Positions 63,801 through 64,000 of a stretch of 64,000 bases of DNA are shown here, in pieces; within the stretch, counting starts at the first letter, position 1; every line of letters begins with the position of its first letter. Origin of the DNA: an uncultured Planctomycetota bacterium (GTDB taxonomy: Bacteria; Planctomycetota; Planctomycetia; Gemmatales; Gemmataceae); assembly GCA_963849325.1 (NCBI GenBank), contig CAWKHF010000002.1, forward strand, positions 640,001 through 704,000, written 5' to 3'. The notes under the pieces are model-generated. The model was not told the origin of the DNA. It saw only the letters and a list, made by a program, of their open reading frames with translations, and searched no databases. The translations under genes and the position numbers were made by a program.

Positions 63801-64000
63801 ACCAGCTCGGTGAGCAACAACGTCAACACGGCCGGCATTGGCGGCGTGGGCGGGCCGGGATGGGGCGTCGGCAGCGCCGGCGGCAATGGCGGCAACGCCG
63901 ATGGCGGCGGCATCTCCTTCACCAACCAGTCGGCCACCACCCTGACGTTCGGTTACACCGGCAACGCCAATGGCAATTCGGTCTCGAACAATCAGTTGAC
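60825..64000 (+). CDS. Second giant Gly-rich adhesin-like paralog (runs off the window end)
   Basis: Start MSLLPLRQWFKRG...LEVLEDRTLLTAQLYTV almost identical to 54077; absent from the ORF track, consistent with no stop before the window end. Confidence 0.85.
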   Translation, partial: MSLLPLRQWFKRGSVRQSAQRKRTPFRKCFLEVLEDRTLLTAQLYTVTLGGDAGVNTQGVKDTTATNSGDLRWCINQADQSANAGSTIQFTGGAGSNITLGGKELVISQTMTITGPGSANLAVSGNNQSRVFNVTNPTAFVTISGMTITNGNAEPASGLTGNQGGDIFNGGESLTLTDDIVQSGLAAGFTSGPIGRGGGIFNDDDGLATGNALILQGTIVQNNLAQGNSGNGAGLGQGGGIYNDLGAKTVVTLTTDSQGIASQVINNRAIGSNGGNGIPAPGGAGGTPSGSGHGGNGGKGGSAGNGSPGEGGGVYNSGTLIIVGASTAPIVLSGDLAQGGVGGNAGNGGNGGNGVGKFDGGAGGNGGDAGFGGSALGGGIYNATGATVQSFSFATFANNTAKGGAAGTAGNGGNGGNDGGTGSTGKNGTGHGGSGGTGGSGGAAAGGGIYSMGSLLGIGQTTFSGNAVVGGAASIGGTGGNGGNGAKTLLAGAAGKDKVGGTGGSAWGGAIANLAGTSLSISASQFTTNQVTGGAGAVGGAGGGGGSGAGDSGPGASGAVGGTAGAGGDAMGGGLYSTSGSVTVDGVQFAQNQAVSGAGATGGAGGAGGNSGTNTSSPAPLKTQFGGNGGAGGIGSDAGTAAGGAVFFNPISPTDTLTVINTSGTSSFTSNQVRTGPGGNGGLGGNGGFGERDGHSTRYFISIAGGSGGAGGNANNGVGGGTFAYGGAISVMAGNANVSNSVFGGSASGAGNQVIGGAGGIGGAGGIGGAGVHNASEGAAGGFGGRGGNGTTVYGGALSLSGNAQNLTLAGDTFTDNAITSGAGNTGGAGANGGPGTGQIGGIGGNGGAGGNGGAGVLGVAAQGGGVSYYLPAGSANTTTHTITISSTPFSGNQVTVGGGGHGGKAARTFFLGIGGAGGNAQDAGGGGLALFDGVGTLASSLTSSAVTGNQVQGGAGGSGSTGSSTTPAIGGNGSSVHGGGLYAFNSSLSLTTSSVSNNVNTAGIGGVGGPGWGVGSAGGNGGNADGGGISFTNQSATTLTFGYTGNANGNSVSNNQL

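Overview
GC-rich bacterial DNA, most likely from a planctomycete (Gemmataceae-like). This is inferred from four secreted proteins with the N-terminal LE(I/V)LEDRTLL motif, the ECF sigma and Ser/Thr kinase types, a DUF11 protein and abundant REP-like palindromes. Many genes carry scattered 1-2 bp frameshifts typical of uncorrected long-read consensus, so gene models were stitched by eye and boundaries are approximate. The main discovery is a 4.3 kb lower-GC integrative element (19758-24073) with a tyrosine integrase, an excisionase, a HUH rolling-circle Rep-like protein, one orphan ORF and two tandem-repeat arrays. It has inserted about 15 codons into a HemN-like radical SAM gene and supplies a same-length replacement N-terminus, leaving the native start stranded 4.3 kb away. 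That gene heads an ~11 kb uncharacterised minus-strand cluster: radical SAM, GcvH-like carrier, ferredoxin, squalene-hopene-cyclase-like enzyme, DUF116-polyprenyl synthase, chorismate-lyase-like protein, MFS, GT4 and thioesterase. The window also holds three toxin-antitoxin cassettes, a two-gene cassette flanked by a duplicated 3' end of an RNA methyltransferase gene, housekeeping genes (tadA, UDG, recJ, nitrilase, sulfatase), a Cys-rich/DUF11 envelope locus, a subtilase and two tandem giant Gly-rich adhesin-like genes. No rRNA, tRNA or CRISPR array was recognised. All family calls come from motif recognition, not database searches.
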